Of a DNA stretch of 64,000 bases, positions 33,031-42,330 are shown in pieces. Both the position numbers and the translations under genes were made by a program. The notes beneath the pieces were generated by a model. That model ran no database searches. It had not been told where the DNA came from and saw nothing but the letters and a program-made list of their open reading frames with translations. Source of the DNA: Nitrosopumilaceae archaeon. GTDB taxonomy: Archaea > Thermoproteota > Nitrososphaeria > Nitrososphaerales > Nitrosopumilaceae. Each line of letters begins with the position of its first letter. Within the stretch, counting starts at the first letter, position 1. The stretch covers positions 1,536,001 to 1,600,000 of the forward strand of contig OZ242274.1 of assembly GCA_965207375.1 (NCBI GenBank), in the 5' to 3' direction.

Positions 33031-33879
33031 CTAGTTCTTTAGTGTTTTTTTGATATTTTTTAAAATCTTATCTAGTGGCTCATTTTTGATAATCGGACAG
33101 TCAAACTTTGAATCATTATTTTCAATTGCCTGTCCTCCTACAAATATAGGCACCTTGTGGCTTTGTAGGATTTTTTTTACCAGTCGTTTGCATGTTTTGA
33201 TGCTATCCTCAAGTGTTATTGAAATCAGTATGATATCTGGCTCTATTGTTTTTACAGATTCAAGTATGGCCTCAGATGGTGCAGACGGAGACATGTTAAA
33301 GACACTATAGCCCTTGCTTTGTAAAAATGACTGCAAAACATTGCATCCTAGATTGTGCTCCTCCCCATTTGGAGAGCATATAATTATCTTTGCCCTGCCG
33401 TCTAGTTTTGATTTTTTTTCATTGATTATACTTACTAGATTAGAGGCAGTATTGCTTGCAATGTGTTCTTGACCAATGCTTAGTTTTTTCAGATCCCACA
33501 TCTTTCCGATTTCGTACAGTGTAGGCTTTAAGATATCTTCGTAAAAACTAGCAAGGTTTGATGTCTGCTCGTGTGTATCATAGATCTCTACAGATTTATC
33601 AATGTCCCCTGTTATGAGTGCCTCAAACATTTGATTTTGAATTTTTTGCACATGTTTTTTATTACCTGCAATATTTTTTCCCATATTCGTTGCAAGAAAT
33701 GCCTCTATCTTTGGAAGTAAACGGTACTCTTGTGGTATGTCATCAATTTTTACTTGTGATGCCTTGCCAAGATATTTTATTATACTCTGCTTTGATGTAC
33801 TTTTTTTTGAATCCCATACGCTTTTTACCAGATAAAGATACGCATCACCCTTGACTAGTTTTGTGCGTATATACACCAT
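33031..33879 (-). CDS. Cobalamin-binding protein (CarH/LitR-type B12 domain) with an atypical N-terminal domain
   Basis: Wx9EH (WDLKKLSIGQEH), ExHxxG (EEHNLG), FVGGQA. Confidence 0.85.
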   Translation of the reverse strand: MVYIRTKLVKGDAYLYLVKSVWDSKKSTSKQSIIKYLGKASQVKIDDIPQEYRLLPKIEAFLATNMGKNIAGNKKHVQKIQNQMFEALITGDIDKSVEIYDTHEQTSNLASFYEDILKPTLYEIGKMWDLKKLSIGQEHIASNTASNLVSIINEKKSKLDGRAKIIICSPNGEEHNLGCNVLQSFLQSKGYSVFNMSPSAPSEAILESVKTIEPDIILISITLEDSIKTCKRLVKKILQSHKVPIFVGGQAIENNDSKFDCPIIKNEPLDKILKNIKKTLKN

Positions 33880-34058
33880 TATTTTTTCCCCCGTGGTTTT
33901 GTTCTAAGAACTGCCTTGCAACATGGGCATCTAGACCCTGTTATATTATAAAATATACAGCAAAAGGTGCATCTCTTATGACCGCTTTGATACCTCATGT
34001 AGTTTGGCAGTGAATCTGCCTTTAACATTTGACATATTCCTTTACAGGTTCTTGCCAA
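33879..34058 (-). CDS. Small Cys-rich Zn-ribbon protein (59 aa, below the ORF-track cutoff)
   Basis: Manual translation MARTCKGICQMLKADSLPNYMRYQSGHKRCTFCCIFYNITGSRCPCCKAVLRTKPRGKK; TAATG overlap with the next gene. Confidence 0.75.
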   Translation of the reverse strand: MARTCKGICQMLKADSLPNYMRYQSGHKRCTFCCIFYNITGSRCPCCKAVLRTKPRGKK

Positions 34059-34112
34059 AAAATCCCTCCATTTTTTGTTGTACCATATCTTTTTTCACCA
34101 TAAAAAAAAGGA

Positions 34113-35000
34113 TTATTCCAAGTTTAAGGGAATCTGTGTGCTCCCCCAATCCTCAGATATCCTAAAGGAATACTCTTTTGCAGAGTCATAAACAAACTGT
34201 GTTCCACCATACCCGATATTGGGGCCAAAGAGCATGTTGAATTCTTTGGCAGCATTTGGTTTTAGTACTATTTGTCCATTAGTAAAGTCCATTCCTGAAT
34301 ATTTGAATACAGTGTCTCCATTCCAAACATCATAGTTGCATATCTGCGGACTAGTACACTGCAACGATATGTTTTCTGAGCTGGTATTTTCTGCAAGCAT
34401 CCTAATTGTCAGGATGGCCTGTCCTGTAGGGCTGATTTCAAACTCGTTTCCTTTAGAGCCTAATCCATTCCAATAGAAATTCACAGGGCCTACCTCGATT
34501 AATTTGGCGTTTTCTTTGTAATTGTGCACATTTATTGCATGTTTGGCTGTTTTTTCACAGTCTGATCTTTTACCTGCCTTTGCAATATCCTGGCATGCGT
34601 CTAGCTGCGCCTGTAAAGAGTTTAAACTGTCAGAATCAATGCCTTGTATATCAGCAGGCGGTTCTGGGCCTGCAATGGTAATAATTCCCACCCTTACAAG
34701 ATACTGGATTGCATTTAAAAAATCATCATCTGAAATTTGTCCCTGTGCCCACCAACTAGCAGTGTTTTTTATCCAGTCAGGAATTGCTTCAGAGGTTTGC
34801 TGTGTCATCTGGGTAGATGGCACATTTATGATATCTTGGGCAACCAAATACTGGATGCCTTGCACAAACACGTCATCTGAAATTTGTCCCTGTGCCCACA
34901 AGTCTGCATTATTTTTTATCCATGATGGTACTTCTGCACTTGCAGATTGAGCAATAGGCAATATTGCAAGTATTGCTACAAGTGTAATCCATGTCTTCAT
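34113..35000 (-). CDS. Secreted thaumarchaeal protein with two (I/V)PxWIKN repeats
   Basis: Signal peptide; VPSWIKNNADLWAQGQISD / IPDWIKNTASWWAQGQISD. Confidence 0.85.
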   Translation of the reverse strand: MKTWITLVAILAILPIAQSASAEVPSWIKNNADLWAQGQISDDVFVQGIQYLVAQDIINVPSTQMTQQTSEAIPDWIKNTASWWAQGQISDDDFLNAIQYLVRVGIITIAGPEPPADIQGIDSDSLNSLQAQLDACQDIAKAGKRSDCEKTAKHAINVHNYKENAKLIEVGPVNFYWNGLGSKGNEFEISPTGQAILTIRMLAENTSSENISLQCTSPQICNYDVWNGDTVFKYSGMDFTNGQIVLKPNAAKEFNMLFGPNIGYGGTQFVYDSAKEYSFRISEDWGSTQIPLNLE

Positions 35001-35070
35001 TAAAATTATACTGTCACAATCTTATTTAAACTAGTGCCAAAATAACAAACTAGTGCCAATTTATGCTAAT

Positions 35071-36450
35071 TTATAGTCCTGATATCTTTTCCCTTTTGAC
35101 CCACAAGCTGCCTGTTGTGTGATCTAGTATCTCCACGTTTAGATCCGAAATTTGCTGCCTGATTTTATCTGCCTGCTCGTATTGTTTGCATTGGCGTAAT
35201 AGTTTTCGTTTTTCAATTAAATCATTTATTGATTTTATTTCCTCATCTGTAATTTTTGCAATGTATAGTCCTAGTACCTCCATAAAATATTCTAGTTTTG
35301 GCATTAGTATATGTGCCATCTCAGGGCCAAGCATATCCGCTGATGCCATTTGATTTATCTCCTTTACTAGTCTAAAAAATACTGATAATGCCTCATGAGT
35401 GTTAAAATCATTTTCTAGTGCTGCATCAAAGGCTTTTTCGTGCTGTATTTGTGTTTTTAATAGAGATGTTTTTCTTTTTGCATGGACTAGTTCAAAGTAT
35501 GCAGTTTCAAGCTGTCTCCATTTGGTTAGATTTTCTTGGAGCAGATCCTCAGAATAATCAATTGGTTTTGAATAGTGTCCAGATAGACAAAATAATCTTA
35601 TCACATTTGGGCCCCATCCGTTTAAGACGTGTCTTACTGACTTTACATTGCCAGTTGATTTTGACATTTTTTCACCATTTATGGTAACCATGCCAACATG
35701 CATCCACGTTTTTGCAAATTGCTTGCCTGTACAGGCCTCAGATTGTGCAATCTCATTTTCATGGTGTGGAAATATCAGGTCCCTTCCACCCCCATGAATA
35801 TCAAAATCACTTCCAAGATACTTTAGACTCATAGCAGAGCATTCAATGTGCCATCCGGGACGGCCTAGACCCCAAGGACTAGGCCAATTAGGTTTTTCAT
35901 CAGATAATTTCCACAGTGCAAAGTCTAATGGACAGTCTTTGTCCTGATCAATTTCGATTCTTGCACCTGACTGTAGCTCATCTATTTTCTTTTTGGACAG
36001 CTTGCCATATTTTGGAAATTTAGAAACTGCAAAATAGACGCCGTGTTTGTTTGTATATGCTGTGCCTTTTTGAATTAGCTTATCAATTAGTACAATGATG
36101 TCTGGGATGTGTTGTGTGGCTTGAGGATACATGGTGGCCCTTTTGATGTGCAATGCATCAAAATCACGATAATAGTGGTCAATGAATTTACTGCTTATGT
36201 GTAGGGCCGAGCTTTTCTCATCAGCTGCTCTGCCAATTATTTTGTCATCTACATCTGTAAAATTTTGAATTAAAACCACATTGTGACCCTTTTTTTCCAA
36301 ATACCTACGTAAGACATCAAATACAATTATGGTACGTGCATGTCCGATGTGCGAGTCGTCATATACTGTGACTCCGCACAGATAGATTTTAATCTCCTTT
36401 TCAAGATGCAGGTCGTTTTTGTGCAGTGTAAGTGTGTCTAAAATCTTCAT
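35071..36450 (-). CDS. cysS: Cysteine--tRNA ligase
   Basis: CGVTVYD, HIGH, GRPGWHIECS, KMSKS. Confidence 0.97.
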   Translation of the reverse strand: MKILDTLTLHKNDLHLEKEIKIYLCGVTVYDDSHIGHARTIIVFDVLRRYLEKKGHNVVLIQNFTDVDDKIIGRAADEKSSALHISSKFIDHYYRDFDALHIKRATMYPQATQHIPDIIVLIDKLIQKGTAYTNKHGVYFAVSKFPKYGKLSKKKIDELQSGARIEIDQDKDCPLDFALWKLSDEKPNWPSPWGLGRPGWHIECSAMSLKYLGSDFDIHGGGRDLIFPHHENEIAQSEACTGKQFAKTWMHVGMVTINGEKMSKSTGNVKSVRHVLNGWGPNVIRLFCLSGHYSKPIDYSEDLLQENLTKWRQLETAYFELVHAKRKTSLLKTQIQHEKAFDAALENDFNTHEALSVFFRLVKEINQMASADMLGPEMAHILMPKLEYFMEVLGLYIAKITDEEIKSINDLIEKRKLLRQCKQYEQADKIRQQISDLNVEILDHTTGSLWVKREKISGL

Positions 36451-37241
36451 TTTATGTCAGGTGCCTTTGTTGCTAGTTCTCTTTTATGTTTGCTATTTTG
36501 ATGCATTTGATAAATTTTTTTGATTTTTTCTGTAGGTATGTTGAGTGTTTTTTGTGCATCTTTGATACTTTGTTTGTGATGTGTCATACAGTACAGTATG
36601 GAGTCAATCTCTTGATAGGTTGCGCCGATTTCACCTTCTGCATCATGGCCTGGCCACAGATTTGGACTGCTTTTTTTCTCTATGATACTTTGCGGTATTT
36701 CCAAGTACTGTGCTAGTTTTCTAATTTGAGTTTTGTATAAAGAGACTAGCGGTAGTGTATCTGCTGCACCGTCTCCATACTTTGTAAAATATCCTATCAG
36801 ATATTCGCTTTTGTCACTAGAGCCTAGCACCAGATAATTTTTCAGATTTGCATAATAATACAAGATATTGCTTCGTATTCGAGCTCTAAGATTTCCTGCA
36901 CTTTTTTGATCAGGTTCTAGGATTTTTGTAAACTCGTTTACTAGTAGATTAATATCTAGCAGTTTGTAGTCTAGTCCCAATTTGTTAATTAATTCTAGTG
37001 CATCTTCGGTCTCTTGCTTTGGTGAAATTTTGCCGTCTGGCATTATTAGCACCAAGGTATTTTTTGGGAATGCATTTTTGGCCAAAACCGCAAGTACTGC
37101 AGAATCTATACCTCCACTAAGACCCAAAATAACGCCTTGTCTGTTTGTAACAGTTACCTGATTTTTGATAAAGCATTCTAAGTCTTTTGAGATTTGGGGA
37201 TAATCTTTGATAGTTAATTCATCTAGTATGTCTTGAATCAA
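36447..37241 (-). CDS. nadE: NH3-dependent NAD+ synthetase
   Basis: GLSGGIDS, GNLRARIR, GYFTKYGDG. Confidence 0.95.
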   Translation of the reverse strand: MIQDILDELTIKDYPQISKDLECFIKNQVTVTNRQGVILGLSGGIDSAVLAVLAKNAFPKNTLVLIMPDGKISPKQETEDALELINKLGLDYKLLDINLLVNEFTKILEPDQKSAGNLRARIRSNILYYYANLKNYLVLGSSDKSEYLIGYFTKYGDGAADTLPLVSLYKTQIRKLAQYLEIPQSIIEKKSSPNLWPGHDAEGEIGATYQEIDSILYCMTHHKQSIKDAQKTLNIPTEKIKKIYQMHQNSKHKRELATKAPDIK

Positions 37242-37726
37242 TACAGAGCTTGATGTGGTAAAGAATATAATTTTATATGTTAATTTAGGATAATTGCAAT
37301 TTCTTAATTTAATTTTATAATATCATTGTAATTTTGATTCTTCAGCGTTATCTGTTCGAGTTTTAGATTCTTTATTCCTATCTGTAGAGTTTTTTTGTAA
37401 CCTGTCAATGTATGGTTTGGCTATTTGACCTCATTTAGATCATACTGCCAAAAATTTGATCGTAAATGGTCAAAATCTAGGCATGACGTTAACACTTACG
37501 AGTTGTTTCTTGTAGTCTTTATGGTGCCAAGTTGTGAACTCTGTGTCTTTTCCAATCTTGTCAGTTTTTGAGTTAATTTACAAAATTAAATCCAAATCGT
37601 ACCCGTATAAGACAGTTTCAGAACATCTGGCACATATGACAAAACATCTCTAATGGTGTACTAGATCACATGAATTCATATTCTAATTTCAGCATTTAGA
37701 ATATTTGATCTAAATCGGAGAGATCA

Positions 37727-38230
37727 TCAAATCAGATAAAGACTGATTGCCTGTTTTATTAAAGCGTACTCTGTATCTGACTTTGCAAGATATTTGATTT
37801 CGTCCCAGTTAATCTGTGTGCCACAGCGAACAGCTAATCTTTACAAGTCTTCAATGTCTTGATCGCGCCCTGCTCTAAACTTTGTGACAATCAATCCCTC
37901 CAAAGATATGGTATTGATAGTGGTTCCTTTCTTGTCTATGGGTATTGATGTTGCAGTCCTTAGAATGTAATCAAGCGGAATTCCATTTAGATTTCGCTCA
38001 TGATACACGTCAATTTTGTAATTTCTTGACGTAAATATTTTGTTTTGTTGCTGGTTTATTTTGTACCCCTTATTCAAAAACTCATCAATTGTAATTTGTT
38101 TGGCAACAACAAAATCCAAATCCCATGATTGTCGTGGCTCGCCTGCGTGTAGCATAACTGCAGTTGCTCCTATAAAGGTGACATTTTCAAAGTCCTGAGA
38201 AATGCGCACTGCTCTAATGAACTGCATCAT
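37727..38230 (-). pseudogene. AbiEii-like nucleotidyltransferase toxin with premature TAA at 37841-37843
   Basis: FIGATAV..H...RQSWDLDF, KFRAGRDQDIEDL; frame continues RLAVRCGTQINWDEIKYL... to 37727. Confidence 0.75.
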
Positions 38231-38900
38231 TTGGCAAGTCCTCTTGAACTTTTAGTATGGTATCCACGGTAAATCTGACTTTAGTTTTTATCATGTTTTT
38301 ATGGGTCAACATGATTGCAGTAGCATCCAGAAAGCTTCGTCCACCATTTGCCACACAGTCAAGAAAGATCCTCTCGATTGGATCTTTAAAAGAGCCAATC
38401 TTTGGTAGCAATACAACCTTGCCCCTCTTTCCTTCTCTGAATCCACAACTCTTCAAAAATTTGGAGATTTTTTCCACATCATCAACATAAACATGCAAAT
38501 CAAGTGGAGTCTGAAACTTTGTCAGTTCATATGCTTTGTGATCAAGTGTTATGATGGAGCCTTTTGGGAGATGTTTTTTCATAAAGTTGATATCAGTTGC
38601 TTTGTAATGCCGTCCAAATCTTCTGGCCTTTATGAGTGCCATTAGGGAGGGGAATATATTTTGTAAAACAGCGTATGGTTGGGAAATCACCTCCTTTTTT
38701 ATTGTAAATTTTCCCCGATTGTAATCTACCAACCCTATCTCTTCTAGATGAACCAGTCTTCTTTTGATGGTTCTAGTAGATAGATTTACTAGCTTTTCCA
38801 AATTCCTAATATTGTAGATAGGACTAGGGGGCAGCTCCTGTGCAAATACTATTGCATCTCTTATTTTTTTAAGCGTCATCGTGGATTCATGTGTATTCAT
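38214..38900 (-). CDS. AbiEi-like HTH antitoxin/transcriptional regulator
   Basis: N-terminal wHTH; C-terminal AYELTKFQTP.DLHVYV...ERIFLDC; overlaps the NTase gene. Confidence 0.65.
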   Translation of the reverse strand: MNTHESTMTLKKIRDAIVFAQELPPSPIYNIRNLEKLVNLSTRTIKRRLVHLEEIGLVDYNRGKFTIKKEVISQPYAVLQNIFPSLMALIKARRFGRHYKATDINFMKKHLPKGSIITLDHKAYELTKFQTPLDLHVYVDDVEKISKFLKSCGFREGKRGKVVLLPKIGSFKDPIERIFLDCVANGGRSFLDATAIMLTHKNMIKTKVRFTVDTILKVQEDLPNDAVH

Positions 38901-39199
38901 ATGGTTGCTAATGTGTGCAATGTATTTATAGTTTGGACAAATTTATCTATTTTTATATAAGTTTACACATATAAACAATAGTTCTGATTGTGACCCTGAA
39001 CAGACATCATCCAGATTCAGCGCAGGCTGCATAATCTAGACAGATGCTATATGAAAAATTTTCACCTACGGATACGTACTGAGTATATTGGATCTGAGGG
39101 CTGGTAACACAATACCTCGTATGAAGGTGATAGACAAAATAGCCTACAGTAAGCGGACAGCAAAATACCACGTTTTTGATGATACGATGAATGGGAGTA

Positions 39200-39366
39200 T
39201 TCCGCAAGATCAGGTCCACAAATTTTGATCAAAAAGGAGGTGATGATATCACTACAATGGATAAGGGTCAGGCAATAATTCGTGCAGATTCTAACAGAAT
39301 AAAAATGAAGGTTCGTCCTACACCAGAACAGATGAAGCTCTTTGATGCTTCTGCTGGTGCAGAATA
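39200..39366 (+). pseudogene. C-terminal fragment of a VirB4/HerA-like ATPase
   Basis: EVDDITTMDKGQAIIRADSNRIKMKVRPTPEQMKLF resembles VirB4-like C-termini. Confidence 0.35.
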
Positions 39367-39388
39367 ATTTAAAAATAATAAAGTTCTA

Positions 39389-39463
39389 TTGGTTACTGTG
39401 GGTTTTGAATCCACAATGTTCCTTGAGAACAATCGCCTTTCTGAGGATGTCGCCTTGGTGACA
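39389..39463 (-). pseudogene. Degenerate tRNA-Leu(CAG)-like relic
   Basis: Minus strand AAGGCG-ACATC-CTCAGAA...TGTTC-TCAAG-GAACA-TT-GTGGA-TTCAAAA-CCCAC: anticodon-loop, long variable-arm and T-arm pattern, but stems are imperfect. Confidence 0.3.
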
Positions 39464-39525
39464 TTTTGTAATTCAATGATATCTCAACTTGAGATCATCT
39501 AACACTTAAAAGAACAAAAAATGAA

Positions 39526-40381
39526 ATGGAATCATTGTCAAAGCAGATATTCAATACACAACACAAAAATAATTTAGATATTATCGAGCAAAAGTTAGGT
39601 AAACCATACTATAGAGATGATACAGTATTGTTGTACAACATGGATTGTATAGATCTTTTAAGCAAGATTAATTCTAAATGTTTTGATTTAACTATAACTT
39701 CACCACCATACAATATTGGAAAAGAATACGAAATAATTCAAAAACATGATGATTACTTGCAATAGTGCACAAAATGGCTTGATCTGATTTTTAATGTAAC
39801 TAATGATAACGGTGCGTTTTGGCTCAACCTTGGATATTTTGAATTGCCATCTAAAGGTAAGGCGATCCCAATAAATTATCTATTATGGGATAAAACAAAA
39901 TTTTATTTTATGCAAGAAATTGTATGGTATTATAAAGCAGGCGTGGCTACAAAAAAATATTTTTCACCAAGAAATGAAAAATATTTGTGGTATGTTAAAA
40001 ATTCCCAGAAATACATATTTAATTTAGATGATGTGCGTGATCCAAATGTAAAATATCCCAACCAGAAAAAAAAATGGAAGGTTAAAGTGTAATCCAAATG
40101 GAAAAAACCCTACAAACGTTTGGGAAATACCCAAAGTCACATCTGGTAAAAACCGGTCTTCAAAAGAACGAATTAATCACACTGCTCAATTTCCACTAGA
40201 TGTGATAGACAGAATAGTAAAATCATGCAGTAATGCCAACGATTTGATATTTGATCCTTTTATTGGCTCTGGAAGTACAGCCGTATCTGCATTAATGAAT
40301 AATCGATTAGCATTGGGTTGTGACATAAATACAGAGTATTTAGATATAGCAATTAATAGAATAAAATCAATTAATTGTTAA
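39526..40381 (+). pseudogene. Beta-class N4-cytosine/N6-adenine DNA methyltransferase (M.ScaI-like), inactivated
   Basis: TSPPYN and DPFIGSGS motifs; in-frame TAG at 39763-39765 (DYLQ[W]CTKW) and +1 frameshift in the A9 run 40066-40074. Confidence 0.88.
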
Positions 40382-40560
40382 CATCTTGTATTTTGCAGCA
40401 TTTGGAGCCAATCTTGACTGTTGACCTGATTGTGCTTTTTGTCCTATCCAATCATTATGGTCCAACCAACCTAATCGTATCAGTTTAATTTTTGGGTGTG
40501 TATTATTTACACTAAACTTTTCAAAATTAATTGCAAGATAATAGCCTGATTTCCCTTTTT
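40367..40560 (-). pseudogene. ScaI-family restriction endonuclease C-terminal fragment
   Basis: Manual translation KGKSGYYLAINFEKF...IRLGWLDHNDWIGQKAQSGQQSRL; convergent with the MTase. Confidence 0.7.
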
Positions 40561-40618
40561 GAATCCAAAACAGTAGACCAAAACATATTCATCCCTTTTG
40601 ACCATCACTGTGAAATAT

Positions 40619-41230
40619 CTAACTGACAAACTCTGTAATTTTTTGATCAATGCATGTGGATGTGTGATTTTCAAGCCGGTCTATCTTTTCCTCCTCGACT
40701 TGGGTGAATCTGTCTGTTGTTTGTACAGAGTCGATCTCCTGCATGATGTGGTCTGCTCTTGCAATGACTAGTATCAGTGGATACTTGTTGGACACATCAC
40801 CGCACTGTTGCAGTATCTCTTCCATGATTTGGATTGACAGTTCATGCCTTGTCTTTTCATCTATCCAATGATCAAAGGTTTTTTGATTTACACAGTGTGC
40901 TATATCAGAAAGGATCTGTGTCATCTTGGCATCCTGCGTATGGGTCAATGGAAATTCTTCCATGTCTGTATTCCATAGTTTGAGATCCGACTCTATGTTC
41001 TCTTTTAACTCTTGTAGTTCGCTCTTGCGGTCGATCAGTTCGCATATGTTCAGATTAGTAGACCACAGTGAAACTGCTGTCTCCTGCATGGTTCTTGTGT
41101 CTTGTTCAACGGTTGATTCTATTGGGGTTACGATTTCAAATGTATCTCCAAAATCTATAACCTGAAATAATATTATGAGACTAGATGCAAATGTACCAAG
41201 GACAAGTATTGTGAGTATGTTAGGCGACAT
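40619..41230 (-). CDS. Hypothetical membrane-anchored helical protein
   Basis: N-terminal TM helix; acidic helical body with paired Cys. Confidence 0.65.
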   Translation of the reverse strand: MSPNILTILVLGTFASSLIILFQVIDFGDTFEIVTPIESTVEQDTRTMQETAVSLWSTNLNICELIDRKSELQELKENIESDLKLWNTDMEEFPLTHTQDAKMTQILSDIAHCVNQKTFDHWIDEKTRHELSIQIMEEILQQCGDVSNKYPLILVIARADHIMQEIDSVQTTDRFTQVEEEKIDRLENHTSTCIDQKITEFVS

Positions 41231-41399
41231 GATTTTATTTATTTTAGACTCTTTTGTATTTTGTTATTCTATGTAAGACACCTAAATACCCTTTGTCCAA
41301 ATCTCTTGTAAATCAGATATCTATTGAACCACAAAAAGACGTAACATTCCACTTTCTAAAGTTCCTCATATAGTCAGACAGTAAAACATAAAGATCATT

Positions 41400-41603
41400 A
41401 CTATAAGCATAAAATTATGATGTCAGGATTTGATCTTGAAGAAATTAAAAGAATTCCAATGTCAACAAACTTTTCGAGGTTTTTACTGAAAAATTAGATC
41501 AAGTACAAATTTCTTGACAAGCAAATCTGAGGCATATAACTAGGCTGAAGCTTCAAAAAGCGAAACAATTACGAGTGGGGTGAACTACTTTTGGGATCCT
41601 ACA
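41400..41603 (+). mobile_element. Isolated IS481-like end with degraded transposase tail
   Basis: GTGAACTACTTTTGGGATCCTACA at 41580-41603 matches the IS481 TIR at 30145-30168. Confidence 0.65.
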
Positions 41604-41648
41604 TCTGAATTAGCAAGACGCCACATATCTCAATATTTTAAAATTGCA

Positions 41649-42323
41649 TCATATTGTAATTTTTATTGTGACTTTGGAGTCATTAGATAACTTTGCATTT
41701 TGTCTGATGTTGTACTTTGAAATTAATTCAATGACTGATGATTCGTGATGTGTCCTCTCTAAACGTACAAGTTGACAAGATACAGAATTGATTTTTCCAT
41801 TAAAGCATTTTACCCATCCGTAGGTTCTTTTCCCGTCAGAAAATCCATTTATTTTTATTCCATCTAGGGCATCAAACTGTTTTATAATTTCGACATATTC
41901 TTTTTGCTCCAATTTTACATTCAAGGTGCCAGGAAAGGGAACATATCCTATTTTGGATTTGAATTGTTTGGTGTATCCTTTCAAGGACATGTAATAGGCA
42001 CCCTCGCCCATACCAGACACTAGTTTTCCCTTAAGAATAATTTGAGATGGCAAAGAGTCGATACTGGCTCCCAAAATTTGCCGTAATTTTATCATCTCAT
42101 CATATCCTCTAGATGTGATTCGCACAGAATAGTTTTTACCAGTTGAGATTCTTTCAATGAATCCATTTTTTTCAAGTTCAAGTAGGTGTTTGGAGGCTGC
42201 TTGCTGTGATTTTGAGATTGCCTTGCCAAGCTGGGTGGTAGTTACTGTGACAAAATTATGTTTTGCACCCTTGGAAAGTAGATGCGCAAGGGTTAGTATG
42301 TGTTGGACTTTAACCTCGGCCAT
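41649..42323 (-). CDS. ribK: CTP-dependent riboflavin kinase with N-terminal HTH
   Basis: SQQAASKHL HTH; GKLVSGMGEGAYY, PFPGTLN, RTHH. Confidence 0.92.
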   Translation of the reverse strand: MAEVKVQHILTLAHLLSKGAKHNFVTVTTTQLGKAISKSQQAASKHLLELEKNGFIERISTGKNYSVRITSRGYDEMIKLRQILGASIDSLPSQIILKGKLVSGMGEGAYYMSLKGYTKQFKSKIGYVPFPGTLNVKLEQKEYVEIIKQFDALDGIKINGFSDGKRTYGWVKCFNGKINSVSCQLVRLERTHHESSVIELISKYNIRQNAKLSNDSKVTIKITI

Positions 42324-42330
42324 TAAAGTT

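Noticed and set aside
37300-37680. Apparently degraded coding sequence downstream of the AbiE-like pair
   Set aside because: Stops occur in the frames examined and no family motif could be supported.
10864-39765. Stop-codon reassignment (in-frame TGA/TAG at apparent Trp positions)
   Set aside because: All three stop codons terminate core genes normally in this window. The in-frame stops are of mixed type and confined to accessory genes, most of which carry other lesions, so they are nonsense mutations.
40066-40074. Phase variation of the MTase through the A9 tract
   Set aside because: An independent upstream nonsense codon already inactivates the gene, so switching would have no effect.
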